DNA from: Candidatus Sumerlaeota bacterium
GTDB lineage: Bacteria; Sumerlaeota; Sumerlaeia; Sumerlaeales; Sumerlaeaceae
Direction of reading: 5' to 3'
Length of the DNA stretch: 64,000 nt
NCBI GenBank assembly: GCA_012513815.1
Contig: JAAZBM010000007.1
Location: 22,153-86,152, forward strand
Under the pieces are notes generated by a model. The model saw nothing but the letters and a program-made list of their open reading frames with translations. It was not told the DNA's origin and made no database searches. Below are positions 34,891-44,610 of this stretch, one piece after another. How positions within the stretch are numbered: the first letter of the stretch is position 1; the number at the start of each line of letters is the position of its first letter. Both the position numbers and the translations under genes were made by a program.

Positions 34891-37692
34891 CTATTTTTCT
34901 TCGCAAGCAAGTCGTCTTAACAGCAACGGAATGACATCCGCGTACCAAATAACGGTTCCTTTGGCACCACTTTTGCCAACAATATTCATCTGATTGATGA
35001 GTTCATCCGCGCTAAGTTTTTCGGCATTAAGGGCAAAACACACCCGACCAAATTTGTCTCCTACCAGTTTCTGCGTCTCTGCCATTGTGCCTACGAAATC
35101 CATATAAGCGCCGACCACCAGATAGTCAATCAAATCTCTTTGCAGCCACAAATCCCAACTCTGGGCGACGGTATCCATTTCTGATGGCCATGTCGCGTAG
35201 GACGACATCGGCATCTCCGGTTTTTCGGCGCGCAACGCCTCACGCAAAATCTTGACTCCGGCCGCGTTCTTCTCTCGTTTCCACGCAAGAAACTCAGCCG
35301 CGTTTGTTGCGCTCGTGAGTGGTTTCCCGGTTTCTGTCTCGAACGTTTGTCGGCAGTAATCACAGTAGCATCGTGTCTGATTCGCGTACTTCAGGCGGTC
35401 GAACTGGACTTCATCGACGGGGTATTTTCGGACAACTTCGAGCATGATTTCGGAAAGGAGTTTGTAGCTTGCGGGATTGGATGGACAAAGCGTGTAGAAG
35501 ACGCCGAAGTTTCGCACGTTGTTGTCGGGGTTGCCCTTTGCGTCGAGGGAAATCAGGTCCTTATGCTTGTTCATGAATTCCTGTCTTGCCTGTCCCTCGG
35601 CGCCGCCCTTCGCGTCGTGTCCGACGAAGAGTCCGTACTCGAACCACGCCACGCATTTCATTCCACGGTCGTGAATCGCCTTGACGGCATCGCCGTAGGC
35701 ATCGGCGCGACCGGTTGCCGCAATGGCAGGGTCAAACGGCGCGAGGGCGCTATCGGGGTAGGACACAAGTCCGCGATACCACGCGTCGAGCATGACGGTG
35801 TTGATACATGACTGCTTGAGCATATTGAGTTTTCGGGCGAAAGCCTCGGGTGATTCCTGCAAGCTTTTCCCCACAATCCATGTACCTCGGAGTTCGTCCG
35901 GGCGTGGTAAGTCGACCTTGGTCAAGGTTGCGCTGTTGGCTCTGTTGGTTCCGGCAGGCGCGGCATTGACGGTGTTGCCCAACATCGCTTGGACTTCGGG
36001 CGTGATGAGTTCAGCTTGGAAGAACTGATAACCCTTAAGCTGGTATCGCCGAACATTCATAATCTGTCGGGCGTATTCGGCCGGTGTGACCGTATAGGCA
36101 TCGTCGTGTTTGCCGACGCCATAGAGCAGATGTTCGCGCAAGAGCGAGCTTTGTTTCGCGAGCTTCGCGATGCCCTGCGCGTTTTCCTTGAAGTAACTCA
36201 TTGGGCAAACCCAGTCGACAAGCCCCATGCCAATCCACTTTTCGAGCGGCAGTGAAATGGTGGTTTCCTCCCTGTCATTAAAGAACACCGCAATATCCAC
36301 TCTTGGCGCGGAAGTCTTGGGGTCATCGGGCATGACACGCGCATCGAGTGCGGCGCGCAATTCGGTGAGGAGCTCCTCCGAACCCGCATACAGTTCCTCA
36401 TTTTGGCGCTGTGGGTTCATGGGGATTTCTGCCAGATGTTCCTTGCAGTAATCGCAACGGCAAAATCCCTGCGACTCGGTCAGATTCTCCACATAGTTGT
36501 AGAGGTAATCCATTGCGAGACATGTGGCGTTCGATGAGTTGACCATTTCGATATAGGATTTCACAAGCATCTCGCGCACTTCGGGACGGCGCAGGCACAG
36601 CCATTCGCTTTTCTTACCTAGCTCCGTGCTGCCCGCCGCAGTGCGCATCAGCCATTCCGGCTTAGCGAACTCGGCAGGGAGTTTGCCCTTGCTGAGGAAT
36701 CCGTTTTGCACCCAAAGCCACAGATTCATTCCGTAGTCGTTGCCCAAGTTTGCGTAGGAAGAAATGGGCATGACGATTTGGTCGGAGGGCTGGCTGTTCC
36801 ACAATCCCTGATTTGTTTGGGGGTTGATGCTGCCTCCCCACCGGAAGGCTTCGAGGATGATTGTGTTGAACCCGGCCTTGAGCAGTCGCTGAATTCGGGT
36901 TTTCACAGCGGACTCGGACTTCTCGGACGACCGCACGAGGACGGCGCGGATTTCGTTTTCGGGCAGTGCGTCCTTGCCAAGCAGCAGCAATTCACCGGCG
37001 ATGACTTCTTCCTCGACGCGCGCTCGCAATTCCTGAATCTGTTTGAGCGTCGGATTCTTCTGTTGTGCCGTGTCGATTTCATCGTTGATTGCGTCCAGTC
37101 GTTCGAGCGTCTTACGCATAAACTCCTGCGCCGCCGTCGTGGTTTCTTTGGTGGTCGTTGTTTCATTTTTGAGACGTTGTCGCAAATCATTCAGTGGCAC
37201 TTTTAGCTCGGAGAAACGATACGCCAAATCCGGTTTGTGAACAAACCATTTTTTGTTTGGCATAAGTTGCAATTCATCATTGCGGCTGATGCGATCCGGT
37301 TTGACGTCGAGTTGCCGCACACCACGCGCGATGACAAGGAATCCGTCCGCCGGAATTTTGGTTGGCGCAAAGCCGAGTTCGGTGACTCGACCATTGGAGA
37401 CACTTATGCAAAAGACAGAATCGGGATACCGGAGCAATGTCTCGGAGACGGTTGTCACGGGTGCGCCGGACGGCGTCCACAGTACTAATGACCCGGGATG
37501 CGGAAACTCGTCAATCGCATCGATAAAGATTGCGCCTGCCGGAATTTTCTTCGCCTCGGCGATTTCGCTCGCGGAAGGAGTCACGTCGCGCAACAACCAG
37601 AACTCATATAACACCACCCCAAGCAAAATGCCCATAGCAATGTACAGCGTGCGCTTGAGCAGAGTCAATAACAAACCGCGAAAATCTTTCAT
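34891..37692 (-). CDS. Membrane-anchored protein with two GH42/GHL-like TIM-barrel halves, each carrying a C...CxCxxC (Cys4 zinc-type) motif
   Basis: The N-terminal TM is LYIAMGILLGVVLYEFWLL. Half 1 reads LCLRRPEVREML...GFCRCDYCKEHL (about 36445-36466). Half 2 reads LCPSNPASYKLL...DEVQFDRLKY..TRCYCDYCRQTF (about 35344-35370). The pattern resembles the GH42 Zn site, CxCxxC followed by F. AAGGAA precedes ATG 37692. Confidence 0.65.
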   Translation of the reverse strand: MKDFRGLLLTLLKRTLYIAMGILLGVVLYEFWLLRDVTPSASEIAEAKKIPAGAIFIDAIDEFPHPGSLVLWTPSGAPVTTVSETLLRYPDSVFCISVSNGRVTELGFAPTKIPADGFLVIARGVRQLDVKPDRISRNDELQLMPNKKWFVHKPDLAYRFSELKVPLNDLRQRLKNETTTTKETTTAAQEFMRKTLERLDAINDEIDTAQQKNPTLKQIQELRARVEEEVIAGELLLLGKDALPENEIRAVLVRSSEKSESAVKTRIQRLLKAGFNTIILEAFRWGGSINPQTNQGLWNSQPSDQIVMPISSYANLGNDYGMNLWLWVQNGFLSKGKLPAEFAKPEWLMRTAAGSTELGKKSEWLCLRRPEVREMLVKSYIEMVNSSNATCLAMDYLYNYVENLTESQGFCRCDYCKEHLAEIPMNPQRQNEELYAGSEELLTELRAALDARVMPDDPKTSAPRVDIAVFFNDREETTISLPLEKWIGMGLVDWVCPMSYFKENAQGIAKLAKQSSLLREHLLYGVGKHDDAYTVTPAEYARQIMNVRRYQLKGYQFFQAELITPEVQAMLGNTVNAAPAGTNRANSATLTKVDLPRPDELRGTWIVGKSLQESPEAFARKLNMLKQSCINTVMLDAWYRGLVSYPDSALAPFDPAIAATGRADAYGDAVKAIHDRGMKCVAWFEYGLFVGHDAKGGAEGQARQEFMNKHKDLISLDAKGNPDNNVRNFGVFYTLCPSNPASYKLLSEIMLEVVRKYPVDEVQFDRLKYANQTRCYCDYCRQTFETETGKPLTSATNAAEFLAWKREKNAAGVKILREALRAEKPEMPMSSYATWPSEMDTVAQSWDLWLQRDLIDYLVVGAYMDFVGTMAETQKLVGDKFGRVCFALNAEKLSADELINQMNIVGKSGAKGTVIWYADVIPLLLRRLACEEK

Positions 37693-37739
37693 ACGAGCAC
37701 ATTCCTTTTACTGTTCACATTTTCAACAACATCCACCCG

Positions 37740-38285
37740 CTAATTGCGGCGCAAATGTTCGCTCTGACGCCAGACCAAATCCCCCTTACTGAAGACGCCA
37801 TTCGTCGGGTCATAGGGTGTTCCGGCCTGATCCCACTTTTGGTCGGGACCACTCGATGCCATCATCCAGAAACCAAACCACCCACGCTTCTGAGCTTGCA
37901 CGGGGGTATCCTCCTGCCACTCAAAATACTTGTAAGAAGCGCCAATCGGAGTGCGGGGTTCGGGGTAAGGGTCGATGGGCAAAGAGGATATGTACGCAAT
38001 CGGCGTCGTCAGATCATGGGGCAGATAATATTTGTCGGTGAAGACATGCCACGAACCTTTTGGGTAACGCCCCATATCAAGGCGATACATTTCGAGACAA
38101 CCGGCCAAGGTACGATGCTCGGCTTTAACACGGGCACAAACCGCGCGTGAGCGTGCCTCGCTGAAATTCGCGAGGGCCATCGCGGACAAAAGACCAAGAA
38201 TCGCAACAACACACAAAAGCTCGATAAGCGTGAATCCATCAGCACGACAAGGCTTCTGTTTCGTTCGAAAAGGATACATCATCAT
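37740..38285 (-). CDS. Type II secretion pseudopilin-like protein (GspG-like, prepilin N-terminal cleavage/methylation domain)
   Basis: The leader is MMMYPFRTKQKPCRADG/FTLIELLCVVAILGLLSAMALANF, with G-1, F+1 and E+5. The segment RVKAEHRTLAGCLEMYRLDMGRYP resembles GspG. AAGGAGG lies 5 nt before the ATG. Confidence 0.85.
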   Translation of the reverse strand: MMMYPFRTKQKPCRADGFTLIELLCVVAILGLLSAMALANFSEARSRAVCARVKAEHRTLAGCLEMYRLDMGRYPKGSWHVFTDKYYLPHDLTTPIAYISSLPIDPYPEPRTPIGASYKYFEWQEDTPVQAQKRGWFGFWMMASSGPDQKWDQAGTPYDPTNGVFSKGDLVWRQSEHLRRN

Positions 38286-38412
38286 ACAGACCTCCTTTTG
38301 ACTTTGTCTATGTTATAGAATAGCAAAAGTTTTATGTCTAATTCCATAAAATTGCTTGAAAAAAAAGTAAAGCACAACGCCGAAAACCGTAAGCGAGAAG
38401 GCTTAGTCCGCA

Positions 38413-38444
38413 CAAAAAAAGAAACCCTTGATTTCTCAAGGGTT
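38413..38444 (-). terminator. Rho-independent terminator after tRNA-Ala
   Basis: An 8-bp stem AACCCTTG/CAAGGGTT (38423-38430 / 38437-38444) is followed on the minus strand by TTCTTTTTTT. Confidence 0.75.
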
Positions 38445-38450
38445 AAAACA

Positions 38451-38526
38451 TGGTGGAGTGAAGGGGGTTCGAACCCCTGACCTCAGGCTTGCAAAGCCCG
38501 CGCTCTCCCAGCTGAGCTACCACCCC
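38451..38526 (-). tRNA. tRNA-Ala (anticodon TGC), CCA encoded
   Basis: The reverse complement is GGGGTGGTAGCTCAGCTGGGAGAGCGCGGGCTTTGCAAGCCTGAGGTCAGGGGTTCGAACCCCCTTCACTCCACCA. The G3:U70 identity pair is present and the anticodon loop is TTTGCAA. Confidence 0.95.
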
Positions 38527-38597
38527 ATGCGGGAATGATATACGCCTAAGTTTGTTGTGAATTCATGACATGAGACGATTTTTCGATTGCCAAAAGC

Positions 38598-40448
38598 CTA
38601 ATCTTTGATTTCTTCTTCCGGCGTTTTTGTTTGCATATACTTGATGGCCGCATAGCGATGCGAGCAAGTCGTTGTCAAGTCGCCAAGACCCTCAATTTTC
38701 TGCAGCTTTTCCAAATCTTTTTTCGCGAGCGCATTGTTGGGCAAAAAGTTGCTGTGCTTCGTGCTCGGATACCATCCCTCATCGATGGCGAGCCGTTGCG
38801 CTCCTTGGAACGCGGTGTCGTCCCATGGTAAATCGATATACCAGAATATCGGTTGTCCCTGTCGAATAAGCGTATGCTGCAATTCGCGAAGCAGTTTTTT
38901 GTCGGCGCGAATTTCCTCGGGCGTTTTGTTAATCTTGACCGCCATCGCGGCGACCGTTCCGGCGGCTTCGCCGATTTCCCATTCAACCGGATGCAGCCGT
39001 GTACTGCCGTTGGAGAGATGCGTCACACCAATGTTTTTCTGACCCGCGAGGACATTGCTTCCGCCTTGAGGAATGAGCGCTCCGAGCGGAATCTGGAACG
39101 GTTTGGTGGCTTTACTTCCGGGATGCTTGGGCTTGAGTGGACGCTTGGCATCGCCGACGCACGAGTGAATATCGATGGAGAAATAAAGTCCGGTGGCAAC
39201 AGCGTCATCATAGAGTTTCGCGCGCACGGTCGGCTGCGAGGTAATGTCGTTTTGCTTGATTGTGGTGAGCGCTTTGATGCGGCGTGATTCGCGAATGTAG
39301 GGTTCCATCGCCAGCCCATCGCTTGTCCCCAACAAATCAGTGCGCAGTTTCAACTCGGGATAACCTTTACCGCCGCCATCCTCGGGATCGCGTGGACATT
39401 CGGTCTGGAGCCAGTAGAGGAAACCAAGAGACATCTGTTTTCCCTCGTTGCGAATCTCTTCGCGTTCGGCAGGCGTGGCGCTGATAAGGTCACGTTCGGC
39501 ATAATCATTGCTGCCCCAGTTGATGATGGCCAAATCGTTTTTGATGAGCGGGTCATCAAACTGCGCAGCAGCGAGACAACGGCGATACTGCCAAAAGCCA
39601 TTCATTTTTTCCGGTGTCGTGTGCCTGAAAGGATAGCCATTGAGTGAATAGTGCTTTTTGAAGTGATCATAGAGCGGTGGCTTGGCAATTGTGTTGTTGG
39701 TGTTCGGGCAATATTCCACGATATAGCAGAAGGTGAAGCACTGATTTCCCTTGGGGTCGGGGTCGCCGGGATAGGCGGCCGGTTCGCCGGTTTGCGCATG
39801 CGACTCGATTCCTACCGAAAAAGGAACACCGGCGAGTTCGAGGAAGTCACCCAACAGCGTCGCCTCGACGATATACTTTGGCGCGTAGACCGTTGTGACT
39901 GTCGTTCCGGACTCGTCCACAGTCTCGGCAGTGACCGTCGCCACGCGTTTGCCATCGTCAGTCTTCGTCACGGTAGTCGCGCGCGTGTTCGGGACAATCT
40001 TCAGCCGCCCCGTATCGACGACGGGTTTCAGCAATTGAACCAGAGCGATGCGTGCGGACTCGGGCGTATGGGTGAGGCGGCTGACCCACGAATTACCGGG
40101 GTCAAAAACTTTATGATAACTGTAAGAGGATTTCGAGCGTTTGTAAGCGCTCAGAAACTGATTGCGGACGAGGGTACGGAAGAAGGAAAAGCTCCGCGAC
40201 GCGGTGTTTTCAATGTATCCGTGTTCGTCGGACGCAGGCAGACCTTGCGAAGTGAACTGCCCGCCAATCCACGGAGTCTCTTCGATGAGCACCGTCTGCG
40301 CGCCGTTCTGCGCTGCTGCCATGGCTGCCGTCACGCCGCCGGTGCCGCCACCGACAACAAGGACATCAACGGGAACAACCGTTGCGGATAAACACGCGGC
40401 GCTCGATATCAACGATAGTATTCCGGTATTAATGAGTTTTTTTTTCAT
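38598..40448 (-). CDS. Secreted/lipoprotein-like FAD-dependent oxidoreductase (FAD_oxidored-type)
   Basis: The signal is MKKKLINTGILSLISSAACLSA, followed by the Rossmann motif VDVLVVGGGTGGVTAAMAAAQNGAQTVLIEE. GGAG precedes ATG 40448. The gene sits 20 nt downstream of the preceding GHL10 gene. Confidence 0.8.
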   Translation of the reverse strand: MKKKLINTGILSLISSAACLSATVVPVDVLVVGGGTGGVTAAMAAAQNGAQTVLIEETPWIGGQFTSQGLPASDEHGYIENTASRSFSFFRTLVRNQFLSAYKRSKSSYSYHKVFDPGNSWVSRLTHTPESARIALVQLLKPVVDTGRLKIVPNTRATTVTKTDDGKRVATVTAETVDESGTTVTTVYAPKYIVEATLLGDFLELAGVPFSVGIESHAQTGEPAAYPGDPDPKGNQCFTFCYIVEYCPNTNNTIAKPPLYDHFKKHYSLNGYPFRHTTPEKMNGFWQYRRCLAAAQFDDPLIKNDLAIINWGSNDYAERDLISATPAEREEIRNEGKQMSLGFLYWLQTECPRDPEDGGGKGYPELKLRTDLLGTSDGLAMEPYIRESRRIKALTTIKQNDITSQPTVRAKLYDDAVATGLYFSIDIHSCVGDAKRPLKPKHPGSKATKPFQIPLGALIPQGGSNVLAGQKNIGVTHLSNGSTRLHPVEWEIGEAAGTVAAMAVKINKTPEEIRADKKLLRELQHTLIRQGQPIFWYIDLPWDDTAFQGAQRLAIDEGWYPSTKHSNFLPNNALAKKDLEKLQKIEGLGDLTTTCSHRYAAIKYMQTKTPEEEIKD

Positions 40449-40468
40449 ATCATTTCTCCTGTTTAGAT

Positions 40469-42496
40469 TTAAAATCCATACTCTACCCATTCGCCGACTT
40501 TTGCCTTGGGAACGGGTTCAAACTTAACGGCATCCATGCTCATTCGACCTTTGACATTGGACGAATTTGGATTGGTATTGGTCAGACGAACGCAAGTGTA
40601 GCTACCACGCGGCAAAGAGACCGGCCCTGCAAGCTTGTACCATTTGTTGACAACCGCCGCATTTGTATAGGACAAATCGACAGTGCCGCTCGTCAGTGAA
40701 GTTTTGTCGGTAACAACATCCCAGACGACGCCCGGGGAAACATTGTTGCTACCACTCGAAAGTGTGACGTAAATATTGTAATTGCCGGCCGCGGTCAGAC
40801 GAGGACGGAAGACGCCGCTTGCGCCCTGTCCCCCCGTGCCGATGTAGCGAGCGCCGCTACCGATCAAGCCGGGCGCCGTGCTCTTGGCGACGGTGCGACC
40901 AAAGTACTGAGAACTGGTGGTCAATTCTTCGGAGTAGTTCGTGTTCAAAACGCCCGCGGAATCATAAGTCTCAATGATGATTTCTTCGGGGTCTTCCGTC
41001 GGTTCGGGAACAACGTTGGTGAACTGCGCGTCAATGTTTGTGACTTTTCCGACACGCACAATCACGCCCTTTTCCACGACGGAAGCTTTGCCCCATTTGG
41101 AAAAGGTCAGCGTGTGAGTTGTCCCGGCGGGCACATTCAGAATCGCGTAAAAACCATCGGCGCCCGTCAGGTGATTGTATGGCGCAGTACCGCTCGCATT
41201 TTTCAGTGTATCATCAGCGAGAACAACACACGCATCCGTCAGAGGATTTCCCTCGGCGTCACGCACAGTGCCGGTGAGGATGCCGCAAGTCGGCGAGGTC
41301 TTCCAAGGCATCGAGGGAACCGGCGCCGGAGCGGCGAACTGTTGTTTGATGGCATCGAGATAAGTGCCAATGCTGCTGTATGAATAAACGCTCCATCCCG
41401 AGGCACCTTGCGAGCGCATGTTGCGATACTCCCATAACAGCTCTTCGATGGGGACAGTGGCGGAATCGGTCGCGCTGCCCGCAACAATCGGGCGATGAGC
41501 ATCCGTGCGTTCCAACCAGTCAGCCAAGAGATTTTGGAAATTGACACCGGTATAGTATATCTGCGGCACAACAAAATCGAGGCAACCTTCCTTGACCCAG
41601 CGGTAGCCATCCTGATAACAGTAGCGATACGCATTGCCATAACCCTGATGATGCGATGTTTCATCCGTTAGTAGCGCACCCAGAGGCGTGGCGCTCATCT
41701 TGCACTTAGGCCGCGTCATGGCAATCTGGCCATAGATGCGGCGCAAGTCGTCAGTTATCTGGCGGCGCATAAAGTCGCCCCAGCCCACGCCATCGGGGTT
41801 TCCTTCGCCATAAAAACGCCGGACTGTAACCGGGTCATGGGAGTAGGTGTCGTTGTACGAAGTCGGTGTGCGCACGCGATCCAGATGCACACCATCAACG
41901 GTGTAGTTATTGACGACATACAGAATCTGTCGGCGTGTCCAGAGGCTAGCCTCGGGATGACCGGGACTCATCCAGAGATATCCGCTCGACGGTTGTTTGA
42001 CCGGGTTGCCGTCCCTGTCATGAATCAGCCAGCAGTCGTCACCTTTCGCGTTGGGCCCGTGAAGGTTATACAGATGCTGTGGTGTGGTCTCGGCGGGCGG
42101 CGTGATGCGGCTCATCACGTGCGTGTTGATGTAAGCGTGGAACTCCAGACCATTCTTGTGAGCGGCTTCGAGCGCATACTGCAACGGATTCCACCCGGGA
42201 TTTTTCCATTGATAAGTGGTCGCCCATGGTTCATCCGGCGAAGGATAATGAACATCGCACTGGCCGCGTACCTGAAACAGCACAGCGTTAAAGTTATTCG
42301 CGGCAAGCGACGACATGCAGTTGTCGATGTAAGTTTTTGCCTTTGTCTGGTCGGCGTTCGGCCACTCTAGGCGAGTCACCCATGCCATTCGGTATTCTTC
42401 GTTTGTGTTCTGCGCATACAATTCGCGCGGGCTTGCGAAGTCGGCACAAATCATGCACAGTAATAGCAGGTAGCGAATGAACCCGTGGCTTGGCAT
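40469..42496 (-). CDS. GHL10 (DUF187-like) TIM-barrel putative glycoside hydrolase with CarboxypepD_reg-like and golvesin/CBM-like C-terminal domains
   Basis: The GHL10 core shows YRMAWVTRLEWP, NFNAVLFQVRGQCDVHYPSPDEPW and GLEFHAYINTHVM. A GILTGTVRDAEGNPLTDACVVL domain follows. The C-terminus reads ..GRMSMDAVKFEP.. and ends in GEWVEYGF. A signal peptide is present. Confidence 0.8.
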   Translation of the reverse strand: MPSHGFIRYLLLLCMICADFASPRELYAQNTNEEYRMAWVTRLEWPNADQTKAKTYIDNCMSSLAANNFNAVLFQVRGQCDVHYPSPDEPWATTYQWKNPGWNPLQYALEAAHKNGLEFHAYINTHVMSRITPPAETTPQHLYNLHGPNAKGDDCWLIHDRDGNPVKQPSSGYLWMSPGHPEASLWTRRQILYVVNNYTVDGVHLDRVRTPTSYNDTYSHDPVTVRRFYGEGNPDGVGWGDFMRRQITDDLRRIYGQIAMTRPKCKMSATPLGALLTDETSHHQGYGNAYRYCYQDGYRWVKEGCLDFVVPQIYYTGVNFQNLLADWLERTDAHRPIVAGSATDSATVPIEELLWEYRNMRSQGASGWSVYSYSSIGTYLDAIKQQFAAPAPVPSMPWKTSPTCGILTGTVRDAEGNPLTDACVVLADDTLKNASGTAPYNHLTGADGFYAILNVPAGTTHTLTFSKWGKASVVEKGVIVRVGKVTNIDAQFTNVVPEPTEDPEEIIIETYDSAGVLNTNYSEELTTSSQYFGRTVAKSTAPGLIGSGARYIGTGGQGASGVFRPRLTAAGNYNIYVTLSSGSNNVSPGVVWDVVTDKTSLTSGTVDLSYTNAAVVNKWYKLAGPVSLPRGSYTCVRLTNTNPNSSNVKGRMSMDAVKFEPVPKAKVGEWVEYGF

Positions 42497-42499
42497 TCT

Positions 42500-44506
42500 T
42501 TAGAACATCTCCCAATACTCGACGGACGCGGGATAGTCGGGTTCGAATTTGGCGGAATCCATCACAAAGCGGCCACGTGTGCCTGCAGAACTCTGGTTGT
42601 TGTTTGTGACCTTGAGTGTGGTGTGGCGGCCTTTGGGAAGCTGAATAGATGTCAGTTTGTACCACTTGTTGACGATGTTGGCGTTAGTGTATGAGAGGTC
42701 GATTGTGCCGGAGGCTTTGACGACGCTGTCGACGAGAATCTGCCAAGTAGCGCCGGGCGAAACGTTGTTCGTGCCGTTTGAGAGGGTGAGGTAAACGTTG
42801 TAGTTTGCGTCGCCTGTCAGGTTGGGCGTGAAGGAGCCGGAGGCACCAACGCCGTAGTCTCCAATATAACGTCCGCCAGTGCCCACGAGACCGGCAGCGG
42901 TGCTCTTCGCGGTTGTGTTGGCGAAGGAATAGCCTGCTGTTGAATTTGTTTCTGCGTATCCGCCGGCCAATTCTCCGGACGCGACGCGGCATTCGACAAT
43001 GATTTGTGTCGCGGGGTCGGGGTCGGGAACGGCGCTACTGAATTGGCAATCAACTTGAGTCACTTTGCCTGCGGTAACAGCCACGGCCGTCTTGGTTACG
43101 GACACTTTGCCGTTCTTGCTAAAGGTCAGTTTGTGTGCCGCGCTCACGGGAACATTGAGAATCGCGTAGAAGCCATCTGCGCCCGTCAGATGATTATAGG
43201 GAGCAGTTCCGGAAGCATTCAACAGCGGGTCATTTTCAAGCACGATACGCGCATCCGTCAGCGGATTGCCGTCCGCGTCAGTCACATATCCCGTGATGAT
43301 TCCTTTGGTGGGTGTGGCCTTCCATGGCATGACAGGAACGCTCGCCTTGCTTGCGAAACGATTTATTCTGAGCGCATTCCAGTAATCTCCCATGCTGCTA
43401 TACGAGAAGATACACCATCCGGCCGCGCCCTGTGTACGGGTTTCCTGCTGCTCGGCCAGTGTCTGTTCGACAGTGCGATTTCCTCCGTTGGTTGTGCTTC
43501 CTCCGACGACAAAGCGCTCGCCACCACTGTGCGAGAGCCAATCAGCCAACAGTTTCTCGTAGGGATGCGAGCTGCCAACCGTCCAGTAAATCTGCGGAAC
43601 CATGAAGTCGACAACGCCTTCTTGCAGCCAACGGAAACCGTCTTGGAACCAGTTCCATTTCGCCTGATTCCCTGTCCCCTGATATTGTGTGGTGCTGTCG
43701 ACAAGAATGATGCCTCCGGGCGCGGCGCTGACCTTACACTTGGGGCGTACCATGGCGATTTGGCCATAGATACGGCGGAGGTCATCCGTGATTTGCCGAC
43801 GCATGAAGTCGCCCCAACTAACGCCGTCGGGGTTTCCCTCGCCGTTGAATCGCGCGACACTGACAGGGTCATGCGAGTAGGTCTTCGACGGGCAACGAAT
43901 GCGATCAAAATGCACACCGTCAACCGCATAGTTTTTGACAAGATACATAACTTGTTGACGTGTCCAAAGGGAGGCCTGCGGGTGTCCGGGGCTAATCCAC
44001 AGATATTCGTCTGAGTCGTAGACGGGATTGCCATTTTCGTCGTGAATGAGCCAGCAGTCTTCGCCGGCGGCCGTCGGGCCGTGGAGGTTGCAGATGTGTT
44101 CGGGCGTGGTGGAACGCGTGAGGACTGAGCCGCTGATGACGTGAGTGTTAATGTACGCATGGAACTCAAGCCCTTTGTTGTGGGCTGCCGTCAGGGCATA
44201 TTGGAGCGGGTCCCAACCGGGGTTTGTGTAGTTATAGTTCGAGGACCATGGCTCGTAAGGCGATGGATAGTGAACATCGCACTGCCCGCGTACCTGAAAT
44301 AGCACGGCGTTGAAGTTGTTGGCAGCCAACGTATTCATCACGTTGTCGATGTTGTTTTTTCCCTTTGTCGCGTTGGCGTTCGGCCACTCAAACCGGCTCA
44401 CCCACATCATCCGATATTCTTGCGCGCAAATAACTGTGGACAACAAACTCAGACTGATAAACGCGACGAGCACGAGCAAAACTCTCGCAAACGGATTTCT
44501 TTTCAC
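42500..44506 (-). CDS. GHL10 (DUF187-like) paralog with CarboxypepD_reg-like and CBM-like C-terminal domains
   Basis: YRMMWVSRFEWP, NFNAVLFQVRGQCDVHYPSPYEPW and GLEFHAYINTHVI define the core. The protein ends in ..RFVMDSAKFEPDYPASVEYWEMF. Its stop lies 3 nt before the next gene's ATG. I chose the GTG at 44506 (AAGAGG 9 nt upstream, MKRNPFARVLLVLVAF). The ORF-track TTG at 44515 is an alternative. Confidence 0.8.
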   Translation of the reverse strand: MKRNPFARVLLVLVAFISLSLLSTVICAQEYRMMWVSRFEWPNANATKGKNNIDNVMNTLAANNFNAVLFQVRGQCDVHYPSPYEPWSSNYNYTNPGWDPLQYALTAAHNKGLEFHAYINTHVISGSVLTRSTTPEHICNLHGPTAAGEDCWLIHDENGNPVYDSDEYLWISPGHPQASLWTRQQVMYLVKNYAVDGVHFDRIRCPSKTYSHDPVSVARFNGEGNPDGVSWGDFMRRQITDDLRRIYGQIAMVRPKCKVSAAPGGIILVDSTTQYQGTGNQAKWNWFQDGFRWLQEGVVDFMVPQIYWTVGSSHPYEKLLADWLSHSGGERFVVGGSTTNGGNRTVEQTLAEQQETRTQGAAGWCIFSYSSMGDYWNALRINRFASKASVPVMPWKATPTKGIITGYVTDADGNPLTDARIVLENDPLLNASGTAPYNHLTGADGFYAILNVPVSAAHKLTFSKNGKVSVTKTAVAVTAGKVTQVDCQFSSAVPDPDPATQIIVECRVASGELAGGYAETNSTAGYSFANTTAKSTAAGLVGTGGRYIGDYGVGASGSFTPNLTGDANYNVYLTLSNGTNNVSPGATWQILVDSVVKASGTIDLSYTNANIVNKWYKLTSIQLPKGRHTTLKVTNNNQSSAGTRGRFVMDSAKFEPDYPASVEYWEMF
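43503..43642 (-). repeat. 140-bp near-identical tract shared with 60765-60904 (GHL10 paralogs)
   Basis: Direct comparison gives 137/140 identical bases, CCGACGACAAAGCG[C/T]TCGCCACCACTGTGCGAGAGCCAATCAGCC...GGAAACCGTC. Flanking paralog DNA is visibly more diverged. Confidence 0.85.
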
Positions 44507-44610
44507 TACTGTCAACCTCTTTTATGCTAATAATGACAATAATAAACCGCCGAAATTATTCGGAAAGTATAGCGAAGTTTGTCGCTTTATTTATCGACGC
44601 ACTCTCGGCG

